A stretch of DNA of 64,000 nt from Mytilus trossulus (taxonomy: Eukaryota), in contig NC_086385.1 in assembly GCF_036588685.1 (NCBI RefSeq), forward strand, positions 50,305,216-50,369,215, written 5' to 3'. The position numbers and the translations under genes are program-made. Below the pieces are notes generated by a model that was not told where the DNA came from, did not search any database, and was given only the letters and a program-made list of their open reading frames with translations. Below are positions 1-14,251 of this stretch, in pieces; the stretch's first letter is position 1; each line of letters opens with the position of its first letter.

Positions 1-241
1 TCCGTTTTGAATTTTCCTTGGAATTCAGTATTTTTGTGATTTTACTTCTGTAATAACCGTCATGCATTGTTAACTTAGAAGCGTTTTGATTGCGTATTTG
101 TATTGCTGATAGAAGCTTACCATGTTCATGCACCAAGTATCGCTCCTAAGCTTACCATGTCCATGAACCAAGTATCGCTCCGTTAGGATTAAATTTAATT
201 CCCCCATATTTTGTGTATTCTCTTGATTTGAATCTTCGTAA

Positions 242-508
242 GGGAGCTACCATTTGATTTTTAGGGGGGGGGGGGGGGGGGGGGCTAGGATGAAATTTGA
301 AAAAAAAGGCAGGACAGGATAAGTAACTTGGCAAAAAAAAAAGGCAGGATGACAATTGTTGTAAAAAAGTCAGGATAAGCTAAGAAAAAAAAAAGGCAGG
401 ACCGAATAGACTGAAAAATAAAAAGGCAGGACAGAGATTACAGATAAAAGAAAAGCAGGACAAAATTTTTCATCCTAGCCCCCCCATAAAAATCAAATGG
501 TAGCTCCC
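242..508. mobile_element. Non-autonomous TIR element (MITE) with internal AAAAAAGGCAGGA repeats
   Basis: Inverted termini GGGAGCTACCATTTGATTTTTA-G(n)-CTAGGATGAA / TTCATCCTAG-C(n)-ATAAAAATCAAATGGTAGCTCCC; TTAA-like flanks (gtaa/taaa), Kolobok-like by inference. Confidence 0.75.
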
Positions 509-1366
509 TAAAAGATTTCTGAGATTTGAACATCAACGAATTACTCACACATTGCTTCTTATTTATCAGCATAAAAAACCTTTAAAACACATCCAATGTA
601 TAGATAACAACTGTCATATTCCTGACTTAGTACAGGCATTTCTTATGTGGAAAATGGTGGATTAAACATAGTTTTATAGCTAGCTAAATCTTTCATTTGT
701 ATGACAGTGACTAAATTTAATTTAAATTGACAACGATGTGTGTTCGAAACACAGAGATATTAAAGGTAAAAATGTAAAAAAAGAGGTATATCTTCATTAA
801 TCTTTGTGTTATAATCTAATCACTATATATTAAGACTAATGATTGTCATAAATCATTGTACAGTAAATAGTTATCAAATACAGTTACAGTACAGTTACTC
901 CTGATATAAAGTTCTTGACAAATCAAACCTGCTTTTTATGTTTCAAATATATATTCAACAGACCATTTGACATAATCTTAGGTTGACTAGATCTTTCTTG
1001 GTTTGATTAGTCTCAGATCTAATGTTACTTAGTTTCCAACTTAATGTCGGTAGCGTGTTAAAATGGTATTACACCACAAAGTCTTTCGTGTAGATTTCAA
1101 ATAAACATTAATGAAATATTGAACATTTAGTTCTAAGTCTTTTAAAGACTTAGACAACTAATCACATGATACGTATCAATTTTGTTTTGTTTTGTTTTAT
1201 TTTGGTCCAATGGAATGATTCTGTAACGTCTGTAGTACAAAATTAAGATCATTTTTATTCCAATTATATGCCCCGTCTACAGTATAGGGACAGTATACAG
1301 AAAAAGGCCAAATGCACTGTATTAGTCAACAGTCAACTAAGTGGATCTTGTAGCTATCATATAAAG

Positions 1367-1622
1367 CACACACTATAAAATATAACACACACACTATACA
1401 ATATAACACACACTATACAATATAACACAAACACACTATACTGTATAACACACACACTATACAATATAACACAAACACACTATACAATATAACACACACA
1501 CTATACAATATATCCCACACACACTATACAATATAACACACACAATATACAATGTAACACACACACTATACAATGTAACACACAAAATATTCAATATACT
1601 AGTACACGATATAACACACACA
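1367..1622. repeat. Minisatellite, ~21-25 bp unit (ACACAC)n-TATACAATATA
   Basis: About 10 imperfect tandem copies visible; accounts for spurious ORF 1457..1651. Confidence 0.9.
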
Positions 1623-4469
1623 AGCGCTTGAAATAAAAGCAACAACAACAATAGCTCGATTTTGCAATATCTGTCATTGAAGCATCTTTATTTTGCATTT
1701 GTTGTCAATTTGAGATATTCCACGTAAAGGATTATTTTAGAGATTGAAAAGTAAGGCAATTATTTGATATATATGCACTTGATGCGATTATATATTTCTA
1801 GAAACATGTAGTGAGCACTTTGATTGAGGAGCTATTTACAGCATCTGAACTTTTCCCGTACGTGCATTGAAATAAGTGAATTATACCATAACTGTCAAAT
1901 AGTGCAGTTTCTTTTGTAAATTTTATTATATCTATTAAATCATTTTTACAACACATAATGAACAAGCAAATATAAAACTAGAGCAGATTTGACCTTGGAT
2001 TCTACTTCACTAGATATCTAAGTTACTAATTATGAAAAGAACTTGTTTATTCCATTTTATTTTGTTGACGAATTAAAAGTTTGATTAATCAGAAATTGCT
2101 TTAGAAAAGAATCATTTCATCTCTTCAGATTTGGTTTTAAACAGGCGAATGTGTAATGAATATGTACGCATCGCTTAACTTTTTAATTAGTTTTATTCTA
2201 GCTTCAGGGTCTTGCTGTTAAAGGGTTGTTTCAAAATCGAAAATCAATTAAAAGTTACAACTGCTGGTTGGTAAATGACAGCTACATGGAATATATATAT
2301 ATATTTCTTTTAATTTGTACAAAACTAAAAGTAGGCGACAAAAGTTTACCAATGTTTTAACCTTTGAAAACGCATTTGGGGGATATGCCAACCTAGCAAG
2401 CTATAACTTACCATATGCGACCAATGGAAAATGCCTGTACCAAGTCAGGAACATAACAGTTGTTATCCATTCGTTTGATGTGTTTGAGCTTTCGATGTTG
2501 CCATATGATTACGGACTTTCTGTTTTTAATTTTCGTCGGAGTTCAGTAATATTGTGATTAACATTTTGGCATATACCAATCTATCCTTTAAGTAAAGACA
2601 ACAGTAGTTATTGTCAATCTCTTCAATCGATTGACAATAGAATAATCTAGGTATCAAACAAAAACTGAAGTATCGCATGAACTTTAAAAAAAAAGATAGC
2701 GACCACGTGCTTCTACATGATGCGCGTCTCATGCTATTTATGAATATAACTTTGACATTTATTTGTAAAAAAGCAATCTTTGTTCGACTGTTTTATTTTA
2801 TTGATGTTTGTCTGTCCATGCATTTACTAAACTTATCATACTTGCACATTGACTGAACTTATCACATTTCAACCCTGACTATACTCATATACCCAAACTG
2901 AAATCAATCTACTATCTTATATATTTGATTCTCTTCCTCTCTTTATATGGCACGGTACAAAGTCAGCAACATGACCGTTCTAACCTTTTTGGTTATTTAT
3001 TGTGTCTCCTAATATTTCTTAAATAGCAGAATCTTGAATATAGTGTGATGTTTTTTTATTTCTTTCGGTTTTACTACCTTTCAAATCTTAATCTTACCAT
3101 TCCAATATTTGACCTTTTAGTACTTTTGGAGGGTTGTAGGTACCTAGTTTTAAAATGCTGTCTTTCCCTTAATAGGATACATGAGCTATTGGATATTGCA
3201 TAAAGGACTCAACATAAACATGCATGTTCTGACCTTGGGTATATATTTATCGAGGGTTGAATGTCCTTTAATTAAAAATGCCATCGTTCCCCTAATAATA
3301 AGCCTTGTGCAATCGAATACATGTTGTTGATAGGACACGTGTCGTTCCGTCATATCTTATATTTTACGTTCCATATTTGATAAATTTGACATTTCACAGT
3401 TGCCATGAACAGCATTGTTCTTGTCTAAAAAAAAATGATCAGAACAATCTCTTATGTAATATATTGATGGCATGAATATTTATGTTGTTACTGCTTCAAT
3501 AGCTTTAATTATTATTTTAATGACTTCGAACTGCTAACACAGATGTTGTTTTACACTAGAAGTTTAAACAATGTAAAATTTGCCTCATTATTGTTAGTTT
3601 TAACCTTATGGCATTTTTTTTAATGTCGTACGACTCATGATTTTGTTATTCTGTTATTTTCATTTCAAACGATTTCATTTCTAAAATAGTGAAAGGCGGT
3701 TTTGAATTTTGTTTTTGTCAATTCATTTTCACTGGGCGCATTTAGAAAAATTCTATGAATGCATATTACTATGACACTATCATAGCTTCTTGTTAAATCT
3801 TTGGTGATTGTATTATGTACATCATATCGCTCAACGAATTCGCGAAAGTCGTAAAGGTTATGTAGGTACAAAATTTCGCTCATTTAAATGTACAACGCTA
3901 AGTTGTATTTTGATATTAAGGTGAAATGTATAATTTTATTTTCAAATGTCTGAACTATTGATAAATTCTAATTATACGAAGCGTCATAACTTTTTGACTT
4001 TTTATCCTGTTTATGAAACTAATTCTGGAAAGTTGGTGCAAAACCCTTTTTAATCCTGCTAAAATATAACACTTTTTCTATTACTTCGTTTGGCCAGTAA
4101 GCTATCTAAAATTAGTATATCAAAATATAAAATTAGAATCTAAAAAGGAAAACAGATTTGCACATGTAATAAAAGTCCACCTTGCATGCTGAGAAGTATC
4201 CTGGAAAGATTGAAAACAAATTCTGACATATTGATTATGTTTTTTTTTTACGATTGCATAACTGTTTTAATGGAAATTGATGATTATAAAACCCTTAATT
4301 GAAAGGAAGTGAAAAAACGCATTCTTCAAACGAGGCTTGATTTCTAACGCTTTAAACATTCACATGAGAGAAAGAATTATAATAGAATAGCAAGTATAAG
4401 AAAACCTCGAATTAAAGAAATCAGATCATTGACAAATGGATATAAGCTAAATCGGCATCCAAAATACAT

Positions 4470-4960
4470 AAAAAGTAACATCACAAAAATACTGAACTCC
4501 GAGGAAAATTCAATTGAAAGTCCATAATCACATGGTAAAATCAAATGAAAAAACACATCAAACGGATGTACAACAACTGTCATATTTCTGACTTTGTACA
4601 GGCATTTTCAAATGTGGATTGAATCTTGGTTTATAGCACTAAACCTCTCACTGTTACGACAGTCTCAATAAATTTCGTTTTTTATCACCGCGATGCAAAC
4701 AGTCGTTGGTTAAACAAAACGAAAAGATGTATCCATTGTATGCAATCAAGACTAAAACGACATGACTGAGAGAGGTTTAGCTAGCTATAAAACCAGATTT
4801 AATCCACCATTTACTGAATAAGAAAAATTCTGTACAAAGTCAGGAATATGACGGTTGTAATGTATTTGTTTAATATATTTAAGCTTTTAATTTTACAATT
4901 TGCTTAGGAATTTTTCGTCTATAATTTTCCTCGGAGTTCGATATTTTTGTAATTTAACTT
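4470..4960. mobile_element. Two oppositely oriented copies of an abundant SINE-like interspersed repeat (family A)
   Basis: Core GTCAGGAATATGAC..GTTG...AATTTTCCTCGGAGTTC..TATTTTTGT recurs at ~1-47, 607-760, 2425-2560, 10035-10210, 29001-29243, 35130-35425 and 38452-38534. Confidence 0.8.
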
Positions 4961-7257
4961 TATATTTATAAATTAAAGGCAATGGTTGAAATTGAGACAC
5001 TACTGCAGATGTATATATAAAACTAAAATCTTACATTTTGGTGTTAATTACCTGTTTTTGTTTTAGATAAAATATTGTTTGATCTCGCTTAGTATTTATA
5101 AACATTTGCATTTGTCCAGAAAATACTAATCCAAACAAAGTAAGCTTGACCACTTACGGGCGATTTAATCCTACCGTATATATATAGAAGACCGTGTTCA
5201 TTCATGGTATTGATTTCACTACATAAACGGTATCTGGATATATTATTACGATAGTACTCATCCATTAAGAAAACCTTCTAAATTATTCATTTAGAAAGAA
5301 TGGTAGAGCGACCTGTACTTCAGGGACTCATTTAACTAATTACTACAAAAGTTATATATCACTTTCGCCTTTTATAAACATCATTGTTTTATTCCCATTG
5401 GACAAATAAATATTAGAAAGTAGTAAAATACTTTTGTATGTGCATACAAAAATAGCAATTTTATCTGGGTCTACATCTATCTGCTAGTTACTTACTATAG
5501 ATATTTCATTGATTTTTAAATTCAGTCTTTACGATATCACTGCCTGTGGCTGGTTTTAATGTGAGGTCGTTATTAATCCGGAACAGGGATGATATGGTAA
5601 ATGGTCATGAGTCAACATTTAAAAGATTTAACTGGAAATACTAATCTTTCAAATGAATCGCTAATTTTGTTGCTGGTTTATTTCTGCAAACGATTGTCGA
5701 TTGAGAAAAACTAGAGTATTTCTTATACTAGTACTTAATCTCTTTTGATTTTACATTTTCTTGTCCTCTAAATTTCTTCTAGGAATTTCGTCATCAAGTT
5801 TGAAATTAAGTCGCAAAGTATTAAAGTATTTTCGTTACACATGTAGCGCGGAAACATTTTTTTTTCTCAGATGGTTAACCTTTTTTATAACGTATTTAGT
5901 GTTTTGTTTTGTCTCCTTACTAGAACATTTCTATTTTTTTTTAGGAAAGCTTCATTGACATGATTAATAACAAGCATATTGTCTCTTTACAAATTACCAA
6001 ACACAAACTAAGATTTCAACTAAGGTATAATTGTAGTTACATCGTTTTTGGTCATATTCTTTTTAAGTTCTTTTTGGGTCATAAAAACTCTTCAACTCCT
6101 TTGGTTTTTATACATCTTTTGCCTCAACTGTTAAGCTTTGAATATAGAAAGCCCTACAAACGCATGCAATTGATTAAGTTGTGTTTCCTTTTTATTTTAC
6201 ATAGTAGAAGTTTTTCAAAGTTTGAAAGAAAAACATGTTAGTTTTAGCAATATAGATTTTCATAATTTTACAATATTGCTTTATTCCCTATGCATGTTCT
6301 TGGCGTCTATCTTTTTTGAAAAAAACGCAATCAAATCAATTTCCTTTCAACAGACTCTTGTTTATTTTATTATAAAACTGAAATTTTCATACAAATCAAT
6401 TCAAACGTAACATGACACGCTTTCTATCAAAACACATGATCATTCTCAAGAATCTAATTATTTTGATTGTCTTTTTCATATTTCAATTATAGATCTGAAA
6501 TTCAATTAAAAGGCCATACCAAATGAAAACGTAAATTTTGAAGGAACTTTGATTTTTACCTGTCTTTTTTTTTTTCGAACAATGAGAAATCAAATGACAA
6601 TCTTTATTTTTTTTTTTTTTTTTTTTTTAATATAATTCAATGGTTACATTGTTTTTGCAAATCTTTTGTTGGAACATAATACGGCTTGTAAAAATTAAAC
6701 TTTTAATAAGGTGATATCTAATTTGTGATCAATCGCATTTTGTATAAAAACTTTATTTTTCTTTGCGGAACTGGCGTTATTATAATGATGTTTCAATAAC
6801 AATTAAAATTGTAACAGATTATATGAATGCTATTATTTGTTATGCCCTTTCCATTGGGTACCAGTGGTGCTCAGTATTTTTTTTGGCAGATTAATCAAAA
6901 AACGAAATGGGTATCAATTCCTCATAATGTAAATTCAAGAGTTGAATTACCGCTTAAATCTGTAGATTGATACGGGAAAAGTTGACTTGCTATGACTCAT
7001 AATATTTGCACTAAATGGGTAAGCCAATTTTTAATTGGTTCTTTAGTTAAAACTAATGTATATATATTATATTCTAAAGTATTTAAAATCGAATAGACAA
7101 TAATTCAATTAAAAATGATGACAACACTATATTGTTCTACTAAGAGTCAAACACCGTTTTGTTATGAGTACAATATTAGTGCACAAATTGGCGGTAAAAT
7201 GTAAAGAAACAATTCTGCTTTATTAAGTAATCTTTAAATACAGTCGAAAATTCAACG

Positions 7258-7719
7258 TTGGCACCTCCTCGATATCAAACTATAAATCAAGTATAAAACG
7301 TTGACGATTTGTTTTTCGAAAAGTACGAGTTTAATTGTTCTGAAAAATCATAGAAGAAACTGAAATTATTTGTGTGGCCTTTAAGGCTTTGAATTAAAAG
7401 AAAATAAAACCTTGGCACCTCCTCGATATCAAACTATAAATCAAGTATAAAACGTTGACGATTTGTTTTTCGAAAAGTACGAGGTTAATTGTTCTGAAAA
7501 AATCATACAAGAAACTGAAATTATTTGTGTGGCCTTTAAGGCTTTGAATTAAAAGAAAATAAAACCTTGGCGCCCTTCGATATAAAACTATGAATCTAGT
7601 ATAAAACGTTGACGATTTGTTTTTCGAAAAGTACGAGTTTAATTGTTCTGAAAAAATCATACAAGAAACTGAAATTATTTGTGTGGCCTTTAAGCCTTGG
7701 AATTAAAATAAAATAAAAC
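7258..7719. repeat. Tandem triplication of a ~154-155 bp unit
   Basis: Near-identical units start at 7258, 7412 and 7567; each contains ...TTTGTGTGGCCTTTAA. Confidence 0.9.
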
Positions 7720-9130
7720 AATTGTATAAAATACAGAGACAGTATGGCTGATATCGGTATATTTATCTGGAATCAATAACAGTGACGCAACAAATGTATG
7801 TAAATAACTCAAAGGTATTGCATTCTTACTTCAAGTGGTACGACACTGACAAGTAAGACAATAGAGTTTATACTATGGCTTGATTTTCTCAACGTCTTGA
7901 GAGAAATTGGTCATATGTCTCATTTAATCAATAAAGGTTGCTTTTGTTAGTAAACATATAATTATTACGGTCGTTTTTTAAAAATAATAATAAGTTTTGT
8001 CTTACATATTTTTCTACCTTGATCTTTTTCGGTCATATATCTCTAATGGTGCTGTGTTTTTATATTTGTATTTGTTATTCTCGTGGGATTTTGTCTGATG
8101 CTTGGTCCGTTTCTGTGTGTGTTGCATTTTAGTGTTGTGTCGTTGTTATCCTCTTATGATTAATGCGTTTCCCTCGGTTTTAGTTTGTTACCCCGATTTC
8201 GTTCTTTGTCCATGGATTTATGAGTTTTGAACAACGGTATACTACTGTTGCCTATATTTCTAACGTTATCTTTCAATTCATTAAAAAATTCAAATTTCTC
8301 AAAAATGGAATACTGACCTTTAAAAAAAAAAAATGAAACAAAAAACTCGTCTTTAGTACTTTTGCGAGTAAAGTGCATATGCATTTACAACTTGCATCAT
8401 TAACCATCCCATTTTTAATTAAATATTCATGAATTGTAATACTGATCATCAGTTGAAGTTACATGTTGAAAGTATATCTTTCATGCGATGAACAAAGATC
8501 GTTGAATTGATTTTTATATCCTTTTAAAATATATGAAAATAAAATTATGTGAATTAAGAATTTATAAGGTATACTATTTTTAGATGTGCTATTAAAATAA
8601 TTTCTGGATAGTCGGATTTCAACACATAGTTTTCAGTTGATAGACATTCTACACACGGATAATGAAAAAATCTGGAGGATGGGCCTAGCTTAATTGTTAT
8701 TAAGAAGCGTGTTTTCAAGTAATATCCTTATTTTCCGGATTGAATTTTTAACATGGTTGTTATTTTTGTTACCATTGACACAAAAAAATTCATCTGTGTG
8801 ATTCGAAGCATTTATTTCTAATTGGTTCGTGTTTCTTTTTTGTTTTGTTTTTAATATAAAAAAATGTGTATGTCTGTAAATGGAGTTAAAAACTTTTTTC
8901 TCTTATTCAAAATAAATGTCAAAAGTAAAAAGTATTGTTTATAAATGTATTAAGTTCTAAAAAATATTTATTTGATGATAAAAAATAAGTATTTGTAAAA
9001 GGTTAATAACCGATTACATTTTTAACTTCTTTTTTTTATATCGTGAAAAATGAAACGTTACAAGCTGAAAACTATTCAGTTAACATGTTAAATAAACTCA
9101 TCATAGATACCAGGATTAAATTTCGTATTT

Positions 9131-9174
9131 ACGCAAGACTCGTGTTTCGTCTTCAAAAGATTCATCAGTGACGC
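9131..9174 (-). ncRNA. Degenerate minimal type I hammerhead ribozyme in a retrozyme fragment
   Basis: Minus strand gcgtca-CTGATGA-atcttttgaagac-GAAA-cacgag-TC-ttgcgt; core boxes intact, stems mismatched. Confidence 0.55.
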
Positions 9175-10333
9175 TCGAATTCAAACAAGTCAAAAAGACC
9201 AAATAAGTGTTAAACACAATTGTTCCAAATCGACAGAATTCATGCGTTTTCCTCTTTTATTTATATCATTATGTTATTGTCGGAAGATTATAACGGGATT
9301 TTTGAACTCATGAGTCGAAAACAAACTGGCAATGACAGGGAAAATACGAAACACGACAAAAAGACTGAGCAACACGAATACGACCGAATGGGTAGTCTCG
9401 GGTGCTCCTGCTCCACATGTGAATGAATGTATGAAATGTGAACTTCGGTCAACTACTGTTGCCTCTAATGTTTCCCGACTCAAGTTGTGTCTGTTTAAAC
9501 ATGTCTACGTCTATGCTTTTAATGATTCTCAACTTTGGACAATATCCAGATCTTTATTCATTAGACAGAAAAAAATGATGTTTTATTTCAATTTCTGATC
9601 CTTGTCATAATATGAACATGAATACGTTATTTGCTGTTAGGTGTTGAAATCTTTCGGATTTACAGAATGATATTTGCCATTGCATTCGGGTCATTGATTC
9701 GATTGGTCACTTTTATTAAATTATCTATTAGCTAGTATCATTGTTCGAAGACAATAAAATAAACATGAGGGCAGACAAGAAAAAAAGTCACCCTCATTTG
9801 TTTAATGAACCAAGTTTTTGTGACGGAAACAATTTGTTACAGACACAGGAATGTAAAGATGTGAAGAAAGCTAATTGACAGCTTTATATGCTTTAAAACA
9901 AACGGAGGAGACAGGGTGTAAATTATTATCACGGATGTGTCTTGTCTAGAGTCTCAAGAGAGGTCAGAGTAAGGACATTGTGCTTTCCTGCAAGCCGTAG
10001 TCCGTAAGGTGGAACAGAAGTTTAGTATAAATCTTTAAAACCAGGTTAAGACACCATTTTCTGCATAAGAAAATGCCATTACCAAGTCAGGATTATGACA
10101 GCTGTAATCCATTTTTTATGTGTTTTGGTTTTTCATTTGGCCTTTTGATTACTGACTTTCAGTTTTGAATTTTAGTTGGAGTTCGATAATTTTGTAATTT
10201 TACTTTTTTAATTCAATGTTGTTCCCTGATATTTATGGTTATTATGCAATCTTCACTGAGTTTTTGGTTCAATTTTGTCTGAATGCATGCTGATCTTTTA
10301 AACATCAGCCGAACAAATGAAAATATTTGTTCT

Positions 10334-10650
10334 GATAAAATTAACGGTACCAATTTTCTTGCACCAAATGCGCATTTCGACAATACATGTCTCTTCAGTG
10401 ATGCTCGTGGCCAAAATAATTGAAATCCAAAGCTTATATAAAAGATGAAGAGCTATAATTCAAAAGTTCCAAAAAGTATAGCCAAATCCGTGAAAGGAAT
10501 CAGAGCTCTGCATGAGGGAGATACATTCCTAAATTTATAATAATTTCTAATATTTTGTAACAGCAAATTTTAATAACACCAAAAAATCCGTATTTTCATG
10601 CCAGTACCGAAGTACTGGCTACTGGGCTGGTGATACCCTCGGGGACTAAT
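10334..10650 (-). mobile_element. Retrozyme-like repeat copy with hammerhead ribozyme at 10361-10404
   Basis: Reverse complement of the unit at 49042-49527; HHR gcatca-CTGAAGA-gaca(tgtat)tgtc-GAAA-tgcgca-TT-tggtgc (AUU triplet). Confidence 0.85.
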
Positions 10651-13600
10651 TCTGACATGTACAAAAATAAACTTATCATAGATACCAGGACTAAATTTTA
10701 CAATATTCTGCTTATGATAGAAGTATTCTACTGAGAAAGAGTTTTTTTTTACAAATATGTTAGAAATGCCTGTTGCCATTTATATATGCCATCATGAGTA
10801 ATACGACGGGTGGCAAGAACTGCTTGTCCTCCCTCAGCAACCGATAGCACCTCTTGTTTATATGTAGGTCGTTTTGCTCTGTTTTAAGTTTCCTATGTTG
10901 TGTTTTTCGAACTGCTGTTTTTCTTTTTGGTCTTCTTTTGCAGCCATAATGTTATCAATCTATTTTTGACTTTAAATATCCCTTCGGTACCTTACGATTC
11001 TCCTTGAAGAAATCTTCGTCAATGGTTGGGTTTTTGGATACTTTTTCGTCTTACATTTTAATGGTATTTTAAGTGGTGTTGATGGTAGATATGTAATATT
11101 CTATTTTTAATACATTTTATTTTATTCATTTGGTTTATATATTTACATATGATTATGTATACACATGTCTGCTCTTGATTTAATTCTTGTGTTTGTCTTC
11201 GGTTTGCTGTCTCATATTTGACGTATAACCAAATACTAACTGTGAAAAGTTTTCTTTCTTTTAAATGTTCATACTTCTGCTACTTACATATGTTAAAGAA
11301 GATTCTTTGGAGTATTTATCGAAACCATCTATTAAGAAGCATTTTTATTTTATATACCTTATTATTTGGATAAAGATTTCACAATGGTTGAAGGCCGTAC
11401 AGTGACCTGTAGTTGTATATATCATTGCTCTGGTGTCTTTGATTGGTAGTTTTGTCATTAGATCAGATATAATTTGAATGTAATTAACATGTATTGTTTC
11501 ATTTGATGTAAAAGGATGATATAATTTTCAACAGAATCACCTTAAAGTGGTGTGTATTAAAAGATGTCAAATACAAATTATTTTTTTATAATACCGTTGT
11601 CCGTTTTTATTAAAAAAATGTCACTGATTGACAGAATAAATGTTCTACATACATTTGATAAACACATAATTGTTCAACTAACATATTACAAAAAAGTATT
11701 AGATAGAGAAAAAGACAATATATACATCATGTTACATTCATGCCAATAAATTATTAAAATAATCTAATTTTTTATTAACTTTTTTCAGTTCAATATCTCT
11801 TATATTTGTTGAATCTGCAGATGCTATGATTGACGATTTCTAAATAACATTAGATAACTTGAATAAATAAAAACATGTGGGTTAATTGCAAGTTACAAAA
11901 ACATGATTTTGCAAAACTTTAGAAATTACAAAAATAATTGAAGCTGAATAAAACTATAATAGGATTTTGTACAAGTATTGTTTTCCGATGTTAAGCGATT
12001 CTTGACGATGTTTACCGAAGTTATCATTTCCATTATAATTAAAGATCCCCGTATCAAATCAAAACATTCTTATTGCAAATTTTAATTTTGACATTCATGG
12101 AGTATTTTTACTATAGAATTTTAGATTGTGTATCTATAGTATACAACTCGTAATAAATCACTCGTCAAAACAATAGACCAATATTTAGCAAACACAAATA
12201 GTATTTGGAATTTAGGTATTAATAATAGAAATTGACAATAATGTTTGCCAACTCTTTATCTAATATTCTCTTTTATTGATCTCAATGGATTTCTTTTCAT
12301 TGTGGCAAAAATTGCTATTCAAACGTGTTTAATATCAAATGGGGCAAAATAAGGAGAATTGAGGCTTTAAATGCAACAAGGGTAACAGTTTCAAATAATC
12401 AATGAAATGAAGACCTTACTTATTCACAAACAAAATCTGATTTGTTATATTTTGTTACAGTAACACGACAAAAGGTATAGAAAGAAAAAAGCTTCCATAA
12501 ACATTTTTTTATTTTTAAACAGTAATTGTAATACAAAATAACCATTTCTAATATTTATTTTTTATTGAATAAATGCATGACAAAGATATAAATATTATAT
12601 GATTTATACTTGTTATGCATGCTATAAATGTTCTTCATACACTTACATGTGAAATAACTGGCTATTTGACGAACAAAGTTAAAACGATACGTTCAAGGTA
12701 TAGGATTTTATATTTTCTATGGTCAACTTGAAATCAAAACAATGATTCACCATTATTAGCACAATATAGTGTGGGTAGCTGTAACATTGCCAGAAACCCT
12801 ATTTGATATCTAGCTTTGAATAATCGATAAATTATTTTTTCCCAACTCAGTAAGTTAGTCATACCATGTTATTTAATCATACAATAACTTTTACCTGTCA
12901 AAATATGATAACATTAATTGTTAATAGAAAATTGATTTCTATCATGCAAAACTGAAATTTTGAATATGATCTCCTGCTGTGCACCTCAAACACCGATATA
13001 ACTAGTTTGCACACTCCATACTGGTTAACCAGATATTTAAAAAAAAATCGCATTGTATTAAAAGTTCATTAGTTGTTCAACAATAAATAATTAATTAATT
13101 AACATGTTTTACAGTAACCTAAACATCAACTTGAGATGACGCAACTGTTTCCCGCCATCATAACTGGTCTAGATCATAGAAGTGTTTATTGATATGTCTT
13201 ATAATATAGCAGTATTAAACATTTTAATCACCCTGGACATGCGATGCATGTTAACGCCATATTAAATGTTCATCAACAAGAATAATGCTTCCTCTGGTTC
13301 ATTACCTGATGTCTTTCATTTTACTAAATTTGCATGTCCATTGCTGCGCATGACATTTACAGAGGATGTTGTTTCAGTGCACGGAAATTGATCTCGTTTC
13401 ATATTCTGTACTTTTTTGTTCATTAGCATTGAAACGTAATAACAATATTACTTGTCTACCGACAATAAAAACAAACTACTAAAAGTTGTGGTTCTGAACA
13501 TTCAAATTGTGAATCGAACATTTTTTGTTCATTGTTGAATGATTCATAAGCTCTTTGTTTCATTTATAGTACATTGTACTTAAGGTTTGTTGTATGAGTA

Positions 13601-14251
13601 GATAAAATCATCATTTACACCGTGATAAAAATGTTGTACGCCTAATGCGCGTTTCTTCTTTTAAAGACTCATCAGTTACGCTCGAATCAAAAATGTTAAA
13701 AAGGTCAAATGAAGTAGGAACTGAAGATTTACATTCTGTACAATAATATAAACTTTCTTCTGAAATCTTCGTGAACTAGACTGGTAGTTTGTGATCGAAT
13801 GTGTAATTATATACCAAAGGAAAAAATTTTGTAAGCTCTGAGTATTATGTCTTTCAGACCAAAACTATCGGTATATTTAAAAGGTTAAGAAGTAGTTTCA
13901 TAATAAAATAAGTTTTTTATCTAGATATACTCGTTGTGTTTTGATGTTTGATAAAAAATTAACGATCAAACTTCATCTAAAGGATATATTGTCCTTGTGT
14001 TACTCTGCAATACGAAGCTTAACGTATAGATGCACTTGTACTTAGGGGTAGTATGTTACATGTTAGCCAAAACCCTATAAAACACTGTTTATCTTTAAGA
14101 AAGCTATCCCAGTAACGCATATGCATTTTCATATTACTCAAACGGAATTTCTTCAAGAAATTTTATACCAGTATGAGTACTAAACTGTATAAACTATATC
14201 AGAAAATGTGAGTCTGTTTTATTAACTTTTCATTTTCTTTGATCTTTCCAG

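Noticed and set aside
152-355. Poly-proline ORF
   Set aside because: Arises from the G-run inside a MITE
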